From: Saccostrea echinata
Lineage: Eukaryota
Length of the DNA stretch: 64,000 nt
Assembly: GCF_033153115.1 (NCBI RefSeq)
Contig: NW_026889750.1
Span: forward strand, 25,792,001-25,856,000
Direction of reading: 5' to 3'
Shown here: positions 1-11,729 of the stretch, in pieces
Layout: each line of letters opens with the position of its first letter
How positions within the stretch are numbered: the first letter of the stretch is position 1
The notes under the pieces: model-generated
Databases searched by the model: none
The model's input: the letters and a program-made list of their open reading frames with translations, nothing else
What the model was told of the DNA's origin: nothing
Program-made: the position numbers and the translations under genes

Positions 1-77
1 TCACCGTAGGCCTGTTGTTTTCAATAAAAAAGTTTTGTTTTCAACAAAGAAGACATTTCAGTTTTATTGTTTTACAG

Positions 78-785
78 GAACCACTGCTGCAGTTATAATA
101 TTTATTTTGGTCGTCGCATTTACAATATTAGGATTTGTGTACGTCTATGTCAAGAGAAGGTATGTATATTTTTAGTATTTCATACACATTTATGACTTTA
201 AAAATCGTAGACGTTCAGTTCAGTAATGATTTTAAGCTATTTTAAAAAGGCTCATGTGTATTCCATCGTTTTAGGAAACCGGAACTTCTTAGAAGAGCGT
301 CATTTTGGAAGAAACCAGAACCTGCACAAAATGAGTACGACACTGTACATCCTCGGGCAGCACAGGAACACTCGTATGGATACATGCGGGCATCCGATCC
401 TCATGAAGACTACTTACAACCAAATCCCTCCGCCATCCGATCGCGGAACATCGATAACATAGATTATCTGGTGGAGGCAGATGATAATATTATTTCTGGC
501 GTAGACAGTGTATCATCGAATGGCCAGGCTGTACTAGAAAATGATTATGACTACATTCATATAGATGATGCAAACTGCAGCAAACCGCCACCACAAGCCA
601 CATATGACCTTGCCCGAGCTATTCCGATCACTAACGATTATGAAAAATGTAACCAATCACAACTCAAAGTTTCAACTGTTTCATCACAACATGATTATTA
701 TAACACTTTCAAGGCGGTTAAACCTAATGCAGAAAAGAAAACCAAAACCACAGAAAATGATTATGACAGAACAAACGTCACATAA
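78..785 (+). CDS. 3' part of a single-pass membrane receptor: TM exon plus Tyr-rich cytoplasmic tail; 5' exons lie upstream of the window
   Basis: Exon 78-159 (tttacag|...AAGAGAAG|gtatgt) encodes TM GTTAAVIIFILVVAFTILGFVYVYVKRR, phase 1 to 2. Exon 275-785 (ttttag|G AAA CCG...) continues in frame into ORF 384-785: KPELLRRASFWKKPEPAQNEYDTV...MRASDPHEDYLQP...NDYDRTNVT*. Confidence 0.8.
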
Positions 786-1734
786 TTTTATAATTTCTTT
801 TACTGAATTGTTGACATTGTAACTTTTTTGTACACTTGTTTTTAAACCAATTTAAAAGAATTTATACAAATGTTATTGTTGATATGAAAACGTTTCAATA
901 TTTTATAATATTCCACGATTTCTGTCTATAAAACAATAATCTTCAGAACTTTCTGTTAAATTGTAGTTTTACAGACCGCATGGTTAAGACAGTCAACATC
1001 AATTATACTGACTAAATATTAAACATACGGCTTTCTGCTGATATTGCAAATTCCTTAAGAGGAGGAAACATTTAATCTGAATGAACTAATTCAAGATTAA
1101 TCATTACAGCTATACATAATTTTCCTTTGTGAGTTTGCCTTGATATTATAGGAGAACTCCAAGAAACATATTACAGTTGGCTGCGGTAATTCAATGAAAC
1201 ATCATTTTTCTCCCTAAGCTTTGGTATACTAAGTGTTCAATCCCATGCTGGATAAGATTTGAGGCTTCAAATATTTGTAGTCGTACTGATCCTATAGGAG
1301 AAATTAAAGTGATTTGTACTTAGAGTATGAATAGTTCAAACAATATAATAAACCAATGAAGGCAACCAACAGAGTCGCATGATAAATAATGCTTTTTATC
1401 TCAAAGTACCAAATTTTTGTAAATATTCCGAGATATTTCTATCTATTTCATTACAGTTGGAAAGGATTAAGAGTGTCTAATTTACCCGACTGACAGTTTA
1501 ACTAATTTAGCCTCAAGTAGTTATCAAGGTTAGACTGTTCTTTGAATGAGTAATCATGACTGTCCCAAATTAAACGCGTTCTTTGTACTAATTTTAAAAA
1601 ATCCCGACTACTTCCCACGGGCGATTAGACCCAGGATGGCTGAATGTGTCATGCTTTAAATTTGATTGTAGATTAAATATAGTATGTGCCTGGTGACCTT
1701 TAGATTTAAACACATACTGGGTATGTAAACAACA

Positions 1735-4700
1735 ATGGCGGAACACAACAGTGTCAGGCGTTGGATATTGTACTCTTTATGGATCTGTGCAACTCCAGGT
1801 AAGGTGTTATTTATTTATTTTATTTTTTGTATCCTTCATAAAATAGCCTAAAAATAAATGTGTTTTTCACAATATTTTTCTGATAAGATATTTATAAATG
1901 TGTCCTGTCACTTACACTGTTCACTGGTTATGAGGCATTACCACCGATTAGTTTTGATGGATGGAGAAACTTTTGACGTCTTCTACCTGTACGGGCGGAT
2001 CATTTGTTGCAATTTTCTAATGTAATGTTCAGAAATGCCAAAAAAATATATAGTTCTTTTAATTTCATTTGAAATGTATATAAGAGTTTTCGTCTAGTCT
2101 CAGATATTGAATACCACCAGCTGATCACTATACCATGCGCGGATCTAGAGGCGGGGGGGGGGCGTTCTTACCCCACACGACCCCCCTTAAAATGGTAAGG
2201 AGAGTCATATGTGTCTTAAGAAAAAAAAATAGGAAAGTGTATTCGTCAACCCCGACCTCAATCCGAAATAGACTTTTCAAAAGTTGATTAGGATTTTTTC
2301 TTGGTCAAAAATTTCTGAGTTTGACATCTGTTATATAGAGTTGATGTAACCCCCCCCCCCCCCATTTCCTAAAAAAATATCCTGGATCCGCGCTTGTTTT
2401 CGACGAACGATTAAACAAATTAAGAATTTTAAAACAACTGATAATAAAATTAATTCCATATACTGTATATATTAGTATAGAAGGTAATTCTGTACATCTT
2501 AACAGCTATAAATTTAATGACATACGAACTGACCCACTTATGCATTATTGTCTAGTTCGAGCCATTATCTTTTACACAAACCGTGCACTCTAAAACACTA
2601 GTGAAACGGAAATGTTAGAACCTCTGTGTACTTGGACAATAGTGACTCGTGATGATGTCACATAGAACTATTACTGAACTGTACCTGAACTCAATCAGGT
2701 CAAGGGAAAATGATTAAACGTCCTCATCATTGCTTCAAATATTGCGTTTACTTTCAAAATTATGCAATTGTCATTTATTTATGCTGATTTTTTAAAAGTT
2801 GTTTAATTAAGTACCATATAAATTAGAAAGAAATACACACACCAAAACACTATAATTATAAACTTTTTAGACATTTCTGTACTTGAATGATACCCTTTGC
2901 AAGCCATGGAATGTCACATCATTTTAAGGTATTTTACAGTCGCTTGAATTTGATTCACTGGAATTTTGAAATTGGACCACTAATAGACTGACAAGGACCT
3001 AAAATTTTCTACAAATACGAGATAAAGTGTACTAATGCATTTTTATATGCGGTGGTATTCAGTTACATGTACAAATGAGTTGTATGCGCCATCCTCTTCA
3101 AGGTTATCTGTGCACACAACCCAAAAAAACAATTTTACATCTACAGTTGGGAGCACAATGTAGTGTTTGCAGTCCAGTTCATAGAACAAATACATGTACA
3201 CTGTCCATCTGTCAATTGTGGCGTGTACAACGTTGCATTATTATACCTTTTTATTACTTTTTTGTTTTTTGTTATTCCTATTCAAAAATTTTGTTATTAT
3301 TAATCTAAAAATATCATTCCTATTCGATAAAATATGATTCCTATTCGACAAGTTGTTATTCTTAAAATCAATCTGTTTTTAAAAAAAAAAAAAAAAAGAA
3401 TAAAAGAGGAGCGGATCGAGGATCTGATTTTAATCAGACTAGTGCTTACATAGAAGTATGTTTATGCTTATGCAATGATTTCAAACACGTGTATTCTAAG
3501 GTGACCGTGTTTTTTTTTCTATTTCAGTATATTCCTCTACTTTCTACTTTGTTAAAGACCGTAAAATATACTCAAAAGCGGAGGAGTATTGTCGTAAAGG
3601 AACTCTCTACCAGGGGGAGCTCGCCGTTCTCTCATCCAATCAGGACTGGGACTGTATACCTCAAGACGTCTGGTTCTGGTCTGACAAAAAAGGTATCAAA
3701 CCATTACAGTAGGATATATCTTGATAATATTTGCTGGCTAGTATTGGTGACTCTCAAATTATATTAATTAAGTGTTGAATCTTCATACTTGCTATATTAC
3801 CTTTGGTTCATAAATTGATATCTAAAAAAATGAAGATATACATTAGGTTAACTTTAAACCATTTCCCGACTCAGGATGAAAAAAAAAATTGATCGGTAGG
3901 CAGGTGGGATATTTTTTTCTTCAGAAAATTTTAACATCAATGCTGAATTTTCAAAATCTATTTTCCGAAATGCATAAAAAAAAAATAATTGTTTCCTGGA
4001 GGTTAAAAAAGGTTTTGATTCGGGTCATTTCTAGCCAGTCAGTCATGAGTGGGCAACCAAACAACAAATTATTTTTTAAGATAACCTTGTTTTAACCATT
4101 TTTTCCCGTTTGCCCTGTTCTTTTTTTCAAATTCCTGGGTACGTTGATATTTGCGATTTTTTGAATGGGATTTTTTTATATACAATTAGCGTATGAAAAC
4201 TATTGCTTAAATTTTAAAGTTTAGATTTGTTATGATCTTTATATTTTGTTTCTTCATAAATCAGTATTTTGATTCATATAACTTGATAGGTATAGACAGA
4301 GACTCTTTTTTTAATTGCATCGTATTTCAATCATCAGAGTGGCATACCGTTTATGTTAGCAACATCCCATAGAAAGAACATAGACTTTCTATATCTGATT
4401 TTTTTTTTCTCTCGTCGATCTTCAAGTAGCTGCAATAATGTAGCCCTGTCCTTTGAGGGAGGGGGGGATCAGATAAAAAATATCGGAGAGGGCTACATTA
4501 TTGCAGCTAGTCTTCAGGGAATGCAAATACTTTGATTTATGGTCTATTTTATTAATCTTGGATATGCCGATCATCAATTAATGTTGCGATTAATGATTCA
4601 TTTTTTTTCAGAATGCAGATTAAACATCTTTAATAACTTCCGCTGTAGAGATGTTTCGATCTTTAATAGATTGCTTGGATTAAATACAAGACCCTTCCTA

Positions 4701-6801
4701 TGCAAGACAGGTACATATACAAGCATATTATATGTAACATAAGAACATTTCTTAGCCAATAATTAATAGCAGGTAATCTTTACGGATGTAAATATAATTT
4801 TTCCATTTGAAACAATTCCATCAAATATTCCTTTTTCAGATGAAGACCTGATCAAAGATGACTCACCAGAATACGCAGGTTATGGGTCGGATTACTTCTT
4901 TGATGAGGATGTATCAATTTGTACCAGCCCTTTGGTACCCCCGGAGACCACCCCTATTTTCAAGAGCACACCGAACCCTGAGGGTTCGACGGTTGCATTC
5001 AATACGACAAAGAATGAACAATCTGAACCCGACCACGGTAAGATTTAAAAGTAAAAACTTTCTGCCATAGTGGGGATAGATACCAATTCAAGACAGATCA
5101 TTTCAATGCATAACTTCGTGAAAAGTACAAGGTGTACTTCAGAAATTGGTCTTGTTTATTAGTGGAAAAAAAGGGATTCAGTTGATATCTTGAGCAAAAA
5201 ATTGAAGAAATTTTGATTTTGCTCATGACATATATATTTCTCTTTCTACGTACTACAGAACAGAACTGAACATTTTATTTCTAATTTAGAGTCCAGAACA
5301 GACAAGAATGGAATTATTACAATAATAAGGAAAAAATATGCCAATGAACAGTATTATAATCAGTAAATGACATTGCTCATTTCAACAATACTCTTGTACT
5401 GTTTAAGTTAAAAGGAATGCAATATATAAGAGTGTATGACTTACTATAACATGTTATATATAAATTTGCCCACAAAATTAAGAGTTTCCTTATCTTCAGT
5501 ATTGAGTAACCAAAATATTTCTTGTTCATCATCTAAATCTGTGTAGCCCATTTTGAATCTATAATTTTTATTGCACACAATACCTGTATTTGTCTTTGCC
5601 ATTGTATTCCCCATTTCTTCTTTTATCTACATTATCTCAACAGAAATATTCGATGTTCTTTTCATGATAAAGATTTATAAAGGCATGCCTGCGGCATAAT
5701 CCTGTTTAGACTAATTCTATAAAATATTGCCTCTATTTTATTGTTAACCATTTTTTTCAATCAAACGTCCTCTTTTAGGTTGGATAGCTGGTCTTGTAAT
5801 GGGCATCTTCATATCCCTTATAGTTGTTGTATGTGCAGTTTTCATATTCATAAAAAGGTACGTATTTGAAGACAAAAAAATTAGAAGCTTCTTGTGCATC
5901 ATGTTTAAAAGTTCGGATTTAGTTGATCTTTTATTTAAATTTAACTCAGCTGTTAACACATGCAACGTTTTCTATTCTACTTCCAATTATTTTAACGATA
6001 AGACGTTTTAAACCTTTCAGAAGGAATCCAACAAAAAAGAAAAAAGATGCCGAGGTAAACATGGATAACGGACAAACAAACGAACGAAACGATCGTCTGA
6101 CGTCAAGGATTGGTACCGCCTTACAGAGGTGTAAGCAGAAATTTCAGACTAAGTCTCAGCCGGAAATGTATGAGCCACCCGTCATTGTCAGGCAAGAAAG
6201 AGAGTACGACCAACTCTCCCGACCAATGATTCCGTCAACGGAATTAGTTTACGCGGAACCCACGATGTCGTCTGCTGCAGGGATAGAACAGGATGAGTTG
6301 GGTTATCTCGTTTCTCAGGGGAGTGAAACAAAGGAATACATGTACATTGACACGGTAGACAGCGTGGATGGTTCCCAGTCCTCTCACGAGGGTCTGGACT
6401 GCGGAAACCCCGTGTACGAAGTCATGACGGATAAAAGAGAGATAATAGCTGGTAACTGTGATAAACAAATTCAAGACTCAGACGAAACAAGTAGTGCTTC
6501 TGGTGTTCAAGCGGTGAAGGTTAGAACTCATGAATATCAAAATTCGCCAGCAATAGGGAGATTGCTGAAGAAACAGCAGGAAAAATCAGATCTAGAGACA
6601 CCAGAAACCGCAATATCCAACGGTATTTACGATGATAAGTTCTCATCTCCACCCCAGATGGCGTCAGCTGTCATAAAGGACGATAGTTTACAAACCGCTA
6701 CTTCAAATGATGACTCGTCAACTGCTACAACAAAGAAAAATGTGAAAGGCAGCAATATCAGAAACATTATTTTAAAACTTCAAGGAGCGTCTGATGCTTA
6801 G
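1735..6801 (+). CDS. Type I membrane protein (~461 aa): signal peptide, short divergent C-type-lectin-like domain, acidic/S-T-P stalk, TM, long Tyr-motif cytoplasmic tail
   Basis: Exons 1735-1798 (MAEHNSVRRWILYSLWICATP), 3528-3692 (VYSSTFYFVKDRKIYSKAEEYCRKGTLYQGELAVLSSNQDWDCIPQDVWFWSDKK), 4612-4710 (ECRLNIFNNFRCRD...TRPFLCKT), 4840-5037 (stalk), 5779-5857 (TM GWIAGLVMGIFISLIVVVCAVFIFIKR) and 6021-6801 (tail, part of ORF 5923-6801). All introns are GT-AG, phases 1,1,1,1,2; 1386 nt total. The CTLD call rests on the F..K.YS.AEEYC...G.LA, W and PFLC pattern. Confidence 0.8.
2134..2396. mobile_element. Small TIR MITE (hAT-like ends)
   Basis: Inverted ends catgcgcggatc ... gatccgcgcttg with subterminal poly-G/poly-C. 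No TSD seen. Confidence 0.55.
3219..3365 (+). mobile_element. Truncated terminus of the same foldback element family as 8662-9387
   Basis: tggcgtgtacaacgttgcattatta followed by ttcctattcgata repeats; it is the reverse complement of the terminus at 9362-9387. Confidence 0.55.
3843..4089. mobile_element. MITE; a related copy lies inverted at ~42635-42910
   Basis: tttcccgactcaggatgaaaaaaaaaattgatcggtagg here matches the reverse complement of cctaccgacccaatttttttttttatcctgagtcgggaaa at 42838-42876. Confidence 0.5.
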
Positions 6802-7076
6802 AATAGCAATACCTGTGATAAAACATTACAGTATATATAAAATTATACACCTTTCACTGCCAAAGTAGGGCTTTCTTTTGAGTATTAAATATAATATTTA
6901 TTGTATCTTATTGTTTTGTATTTTCAATACTTAGTTGTGAATTAGACTTCATTTAATTCTTCATAAATATCACATCTTTGTCGTTCGAATGCACCGAAAT
7001 ACGCATGAGAAGATGAAAGGCGTTCATACAACCAGTAAGCAAGGAAAGTGCAGGGACAGTGCGTTACTTCATATGT

Positions 7077-8648
7077 AGCTTTCGGTAGGAATTTACAAAA
7101 TCGACTCGATCGCTAGTCAAAGCAATTTCGCCAAGGTATTTGATGCCAAAAATAGTAGACAAAACTTTGTTTCTTTGTATCATGATTAATAGTGCAACTT
7201 GCATCTAGGTTTTGAAAAATAGCTTTAAAAAGAAAAAACATGTTCTGGGCCCAAATATTAATGTTTGCAGCAATACAGAAAAGTGACCGTGACTGTTTCC
7301 AAAAGTCAAAGACTTGTGATGTCTTATATGCATAATAAAAACATTTGGGAAAACAACAGTTACTAGAACATACGTTTTTCATCGAGTAAGCATTGAAAGC
7401 ATTAATTTCTCTCTTTGATTAGTTATATATAAAAAATAAGTTGAAATGTATAGTCACCGATTTTGATGGTTTTTGCATTATTCTCGTTAACGTGGTACAA
7501 CTTCATCCTCTCCCCCGACACAAAAAGCCACTTGTGTCTGTTGTCCAAACAGTTATGACGCGTTCCGAGCCTTAAGATTAATCATTACAACATTTATTTT
7601 ATAGTTTTTTATGTTAGTAACTTTGATCCTTGTTCAACATTAATGTCTTATATAAGCACACTAATGTAACGAGGGGGTACCAATAATTGTGAAGTCAGTA
7701 TGGTTTCTTTCCCTCGTGAGCATGGATAAGTATGATTAATGATGTGTTGAAACGAGGTTCTGATCGGATAATGTTTAATATCTTCAGTTATTGTCTCCAG
7801 TTTTATAAACTACCACGTTTGACATCCAAGAAAAGCCTGGCAAGGTATTTTTAAATCTAAACTGTGTACATAACAATAATCTTATATACTCTTTGAAAAT
7901 GACAGATAATTATCGTATATTTTTCAAAATAAGATGAGCGTATTTGGCGGGTGATCAGCAAGAATCATGTGTACGAAATATATTGGTTCAGATACAAACT
8001 ACAATCTACACACTTTTTCAAAGTTATGCACATGGGAAAATGTCACTTTACATTGAAATACCTTGTCAAATTGTAATATTTAAGTCTGCTTATCTTAGAA
8101 ATTACGATTACATAATTTTAACACTTTACATAAATAATAAAGACCTTCAAGATAATAGCTAGGTTATAGTAGTAGTTAAATGCAATTATACTGAAGTTTC
8201 AGTAAGGTGGAAGAATTCCCTTCGCTCTTGGTGGAACTGAACCAAAATTTATCTATTTTACAATTTTAATAAATCAGTAAATAAAATTAAACTGACAAAC
8301 GACTTGATTGTTTGTATATTAAAAAGAAAAAAGATAATAATAATAAATGCTCCATCCGAGGATCGAACCAAAAGCTTCTCGATTCCTGGGCGTTCTGAGT
8401 TATAACGCTTTCTACTGAGCTATCCATTCTTCAGTTGTCGAAATATGTGTTTAAAAATGTAACATTTTGTACCAAATGACTCATCAATATTTTTAGTTGT
8501 ATTCTAGCAAATCAAAATACAACATCGGTAAAATATTCCCCTTTCCTATTTCACAAGAACTCGATATATCAAAAGAATGCTCAAATTTCATGTGACAGAT
8601 CAATGAAATTTTCATTTTTCAAGTGCGCCCAGATTCCTACCGAATGCC
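7077..8648. mobile_element. Non-autonomous TIR DNA element with an internal tRNA-like cassette
   Basis: Imperfect TIRs agctttcggtaggaat (7077) / attcctaccgaatgcc (to 8648). A tRNA-like A/B-box segment lies at 8349-8425 on the - strand. Confidence 0.5.
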
Positions 8649-8661
8649 AGTCAAATGTGTC

Positions 8662-9387
8662 CTCGTTTATTATACTTTTTCAAAGAATTTATTATACGTA
8701 TTCTAAAACATATCATTCATATTCGATAAAATGTGATTCCTATTTGATAAATTTGATAAATTGTCATTTCTATTCGATAAATTGTTATTCCTATTGGAAG
8801 AAATATGATTCCTATTCCAAAATATATATCATTCATATTCGAAAACATGTGTTTCCTGTTCGATAACATGTCATTCAAATTCGAAAACATTCGATTCCTA
8901 TTCGATAATTTTGTCATTCATATACGACAATTATGTGATTTATATGCAATAAACTTGTTATTCCTATTCGAAAACCTATTCGAAAACATACGGTTCCTAT
9001 TCTATAATCTTGTTATTCTTATTCGATAATTTTATCATTCCTGTGCGATGTTTTCTTATTCTTATTCAATAATTGCACTCTGGGTAATATGACAAAAATA
9101 GCAATGGTATATATTTTTCAATAGGAATAACGTTTATCGAGTATAAATCATTTAATCATCGAGCAAGAATGACAAAATTATCGAATAGGAATGCGAATAT
9201 CGAATAAGAATCACATGTTTTCGAATAGGAATGATAAATTATCGAATAGAAATCACATTATTTTCGCATAATAAATTATCGAATAGGAATCACATTTTAT
9301 CGAATAGGATTGTTTTAGAATAAGAATAACAAAATTTTTGAATAGGAATAACAAAAAAGTGTAATAATGCAACGTTTTACACGCCAT
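8662..9387. repeat. Foldback-type element built of short ttcctattcgataa repeats in inverted arms
   Basis: 8690-9070 has many (t)tcctattcga(t/a)aa units and 9120-9350 has the reverse complement ttatcgaataggaat. Terminus gtaataatgcaacgttttacacgcca. Confidence 0.7.
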
Positions 9388-9621
9388 ACTCGTTCATCGC
9401 AGTATCCAGCTACAGATACAATATTATTAAATTGCATATCTGACTCTTCTGGATTCTGGAGTAAACGTTGTTCGATCTAAAAGTACATGTGATGAAAAAA
9501 TCTCTTTAATACATTACATAGGAAAATTTACAGGAAACTGTAAATCCATAGCAAAGTAGTAATTATGCGAGGCAGATGAATCACTTACATGTATTTACTA
9601 CTGCCGATCAAAAACAAAAAA

Positions 9622-9726
9622 CATCCCACCTCTGATGTTTTTGAAGGTCTGTGTTTGCTCTGTTCCTGATTTGTATTGTTTAAATGGACTTTGAGTTCGA
9701 ATACTGTTAGTTATCTCCATATTTCA
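9622..9726 (+). mobile_element. Extreme 3' fragment of the Penelope-like element
   Basis: catcccacctctgatg...gtttgctctg...ttgtattgtttaaatggactttga...gttatctccatatttcat matches the 3' tail at 30280-30391. Confidence 0.65.
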
Positions 9727-11729
9727 TTAATTAACGGAATTAATCTTTGAAACAACCATTTAATGTTTCTAAAATTATTACAGTCAAACCTTCATATCTC
9801 AAATGTCGGAAAACATGATGATAAAAAACTGATTTTTTTTAAAACTCTGATGATAAAAAACTAGAGGAACCCATGCAAATCTATATAAATGTATTTTGTT
9901 TGGCAGTTCGAGTGCATATATCTGTTCATGATAGATTTCAAAATGCTAATCTTCAAACAAATTTCTAACTTAAAGTAATCAGACATTATAAAAATGCATA
10001 TTTCTATACGTTACTTTCCCCTTTACGGATTAAAAGAACAATATAAAATTTTAAATCTTTAAAAGTATGCTCTTATGATACACATTAATGATTCAGTATT
10101 AATGTGAATTTTCTAAACAAATGTATTCCAAATATTGATTTAGTAAACAACCCTTCTATTGAAAGTAGAAGATCTTCGAACTTCACATAATTACAGAAGG
10201 GAATTCGAATAGAGTTTCATCATTAACACTGATGATCAATTAATTCATAACCATTATTTCATATTCAGTGAATGTGTGTACAGGAATATGCGACAAATTA
10301 GACCATACACTGGTTAAACATTTTTGCTTTAACTTCTACGAAAAAGTTCTTCCAAGGATATTCGTCTCTGATTAACAAATAAAGCCGTTCACTGTGTATA
10401 TTATATGCACTTTTTTTTCAGGAGCAAACGCGTTAGATAAATTCTCACCGCCATCTCTGTGTGATCATGGCTCCAACAGATCGTATTTGATTTCACCCAA
10501 GTTAATTGTTAAATTTTCCTTGCGCAGGACGCACGAACACGTTTTGTGTGTACTTTGTTCTATAAATTTGCTTTTCACAATATCCATGGAAACACACTTT
10601 AAGGTACACCGAGATACATGAGTACGCTGAAACGTCTTCTTTACAATTCAGTTTCAGTATAAATTATACTTTAAAAAAGCTTTTGCAAGACTGAAATTAC
10701 CAGCCGAACTGAATATTTACAAATGTCACAAAGATGTATATCTTGGCGATTTTCAAAAACCTTTATATTACTTTAACGAAGAATGAAGTTTGTGTGGAAT
10801 AGTTTGTAGCATGCTGTGAAATTTTGTGTAGATATTTTCTGACACTAGTAGGGTATATTCCTTCATCCAAAATGAAACACGAAAAAAGATCACTGACGTA
10901 AGCACATAATTTTGAAGTTAGACATCTTTTAAATGTTTTATTAACGTTGTAAAAACTGCGATTCGCAACTAAAAAAGCTTCTTCTGTGTATAATGTAAAT
11001 TGCTCCTCGGAAAATCCGAGAGGCAGACTCGGTGTTAGGTTAGTTAATTACTGAATTTACTTATAATATCTTACTTATACATCTACATAGACTAGAGATT
11101 TGATTGGTGCTGCCAGTGGTTTCCCTTCGCAGTGGGAATGCCTCTATCCAAATTTAGGTTGTATATGGTTCAAAACTACAAATAATATAAACTTCCACAC
11201 ACAAAAAAATTCATAAAATTTTATTTCAATATTTAACAGTATAAAAAAGCCCTTTATAAAATAAATTTATAATTAATTTAAAATTAAAATAAATTAAGAT
11301 TTCGAGAATGATGAAAGGATTATAAGAAAAAAAGAAATTGTTAATGATAGAGCTTTCTGTGCAATGCAAGTTAATACGAGACATGTATCTTCAGAGCACA
11401 CTTTTCCATTTTATGTATGTTCTGAGCATTTATATAAACGAAGTGAATTGTTATGGCATATGTTGATTTTTTTTCCATTTCAGAAAAATCTGTCCTACAA
11501 AAGTTTATACAACTTTACACAAATCGCATTTCTTACAACAGTAAAATAATACAGATCGAATTATTACATGATACTAGTCAATCAGACAAAAACTCAACAA
11601 TTTCATTCTAGAAAAACTGCTTCCAGAGAAAGATGGATCTATTTAATATTACATAAAAAGAATTATTACAACGAATGTTTCCCGCCACGATGTCAAAACA
11701 CACCTGTGTTACATAAAACACGATTGGAG

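Noticed and set aside
5923-6020. 5' part of the 292-aa ORF as a standalone gene
   Set aside because: It is intronic read-through; the real exon starts at the acceptor at 6020/6021 (an alternative in-frame AG at 6002 is possible).
8349-8425. Possible tRNA genes here and at 36460-36534, 52371-52430 and 62959-63036
   Set aside because: They have A/B boxes only, with no consistent acceptor and anticodon stems, and all lie within repeats.
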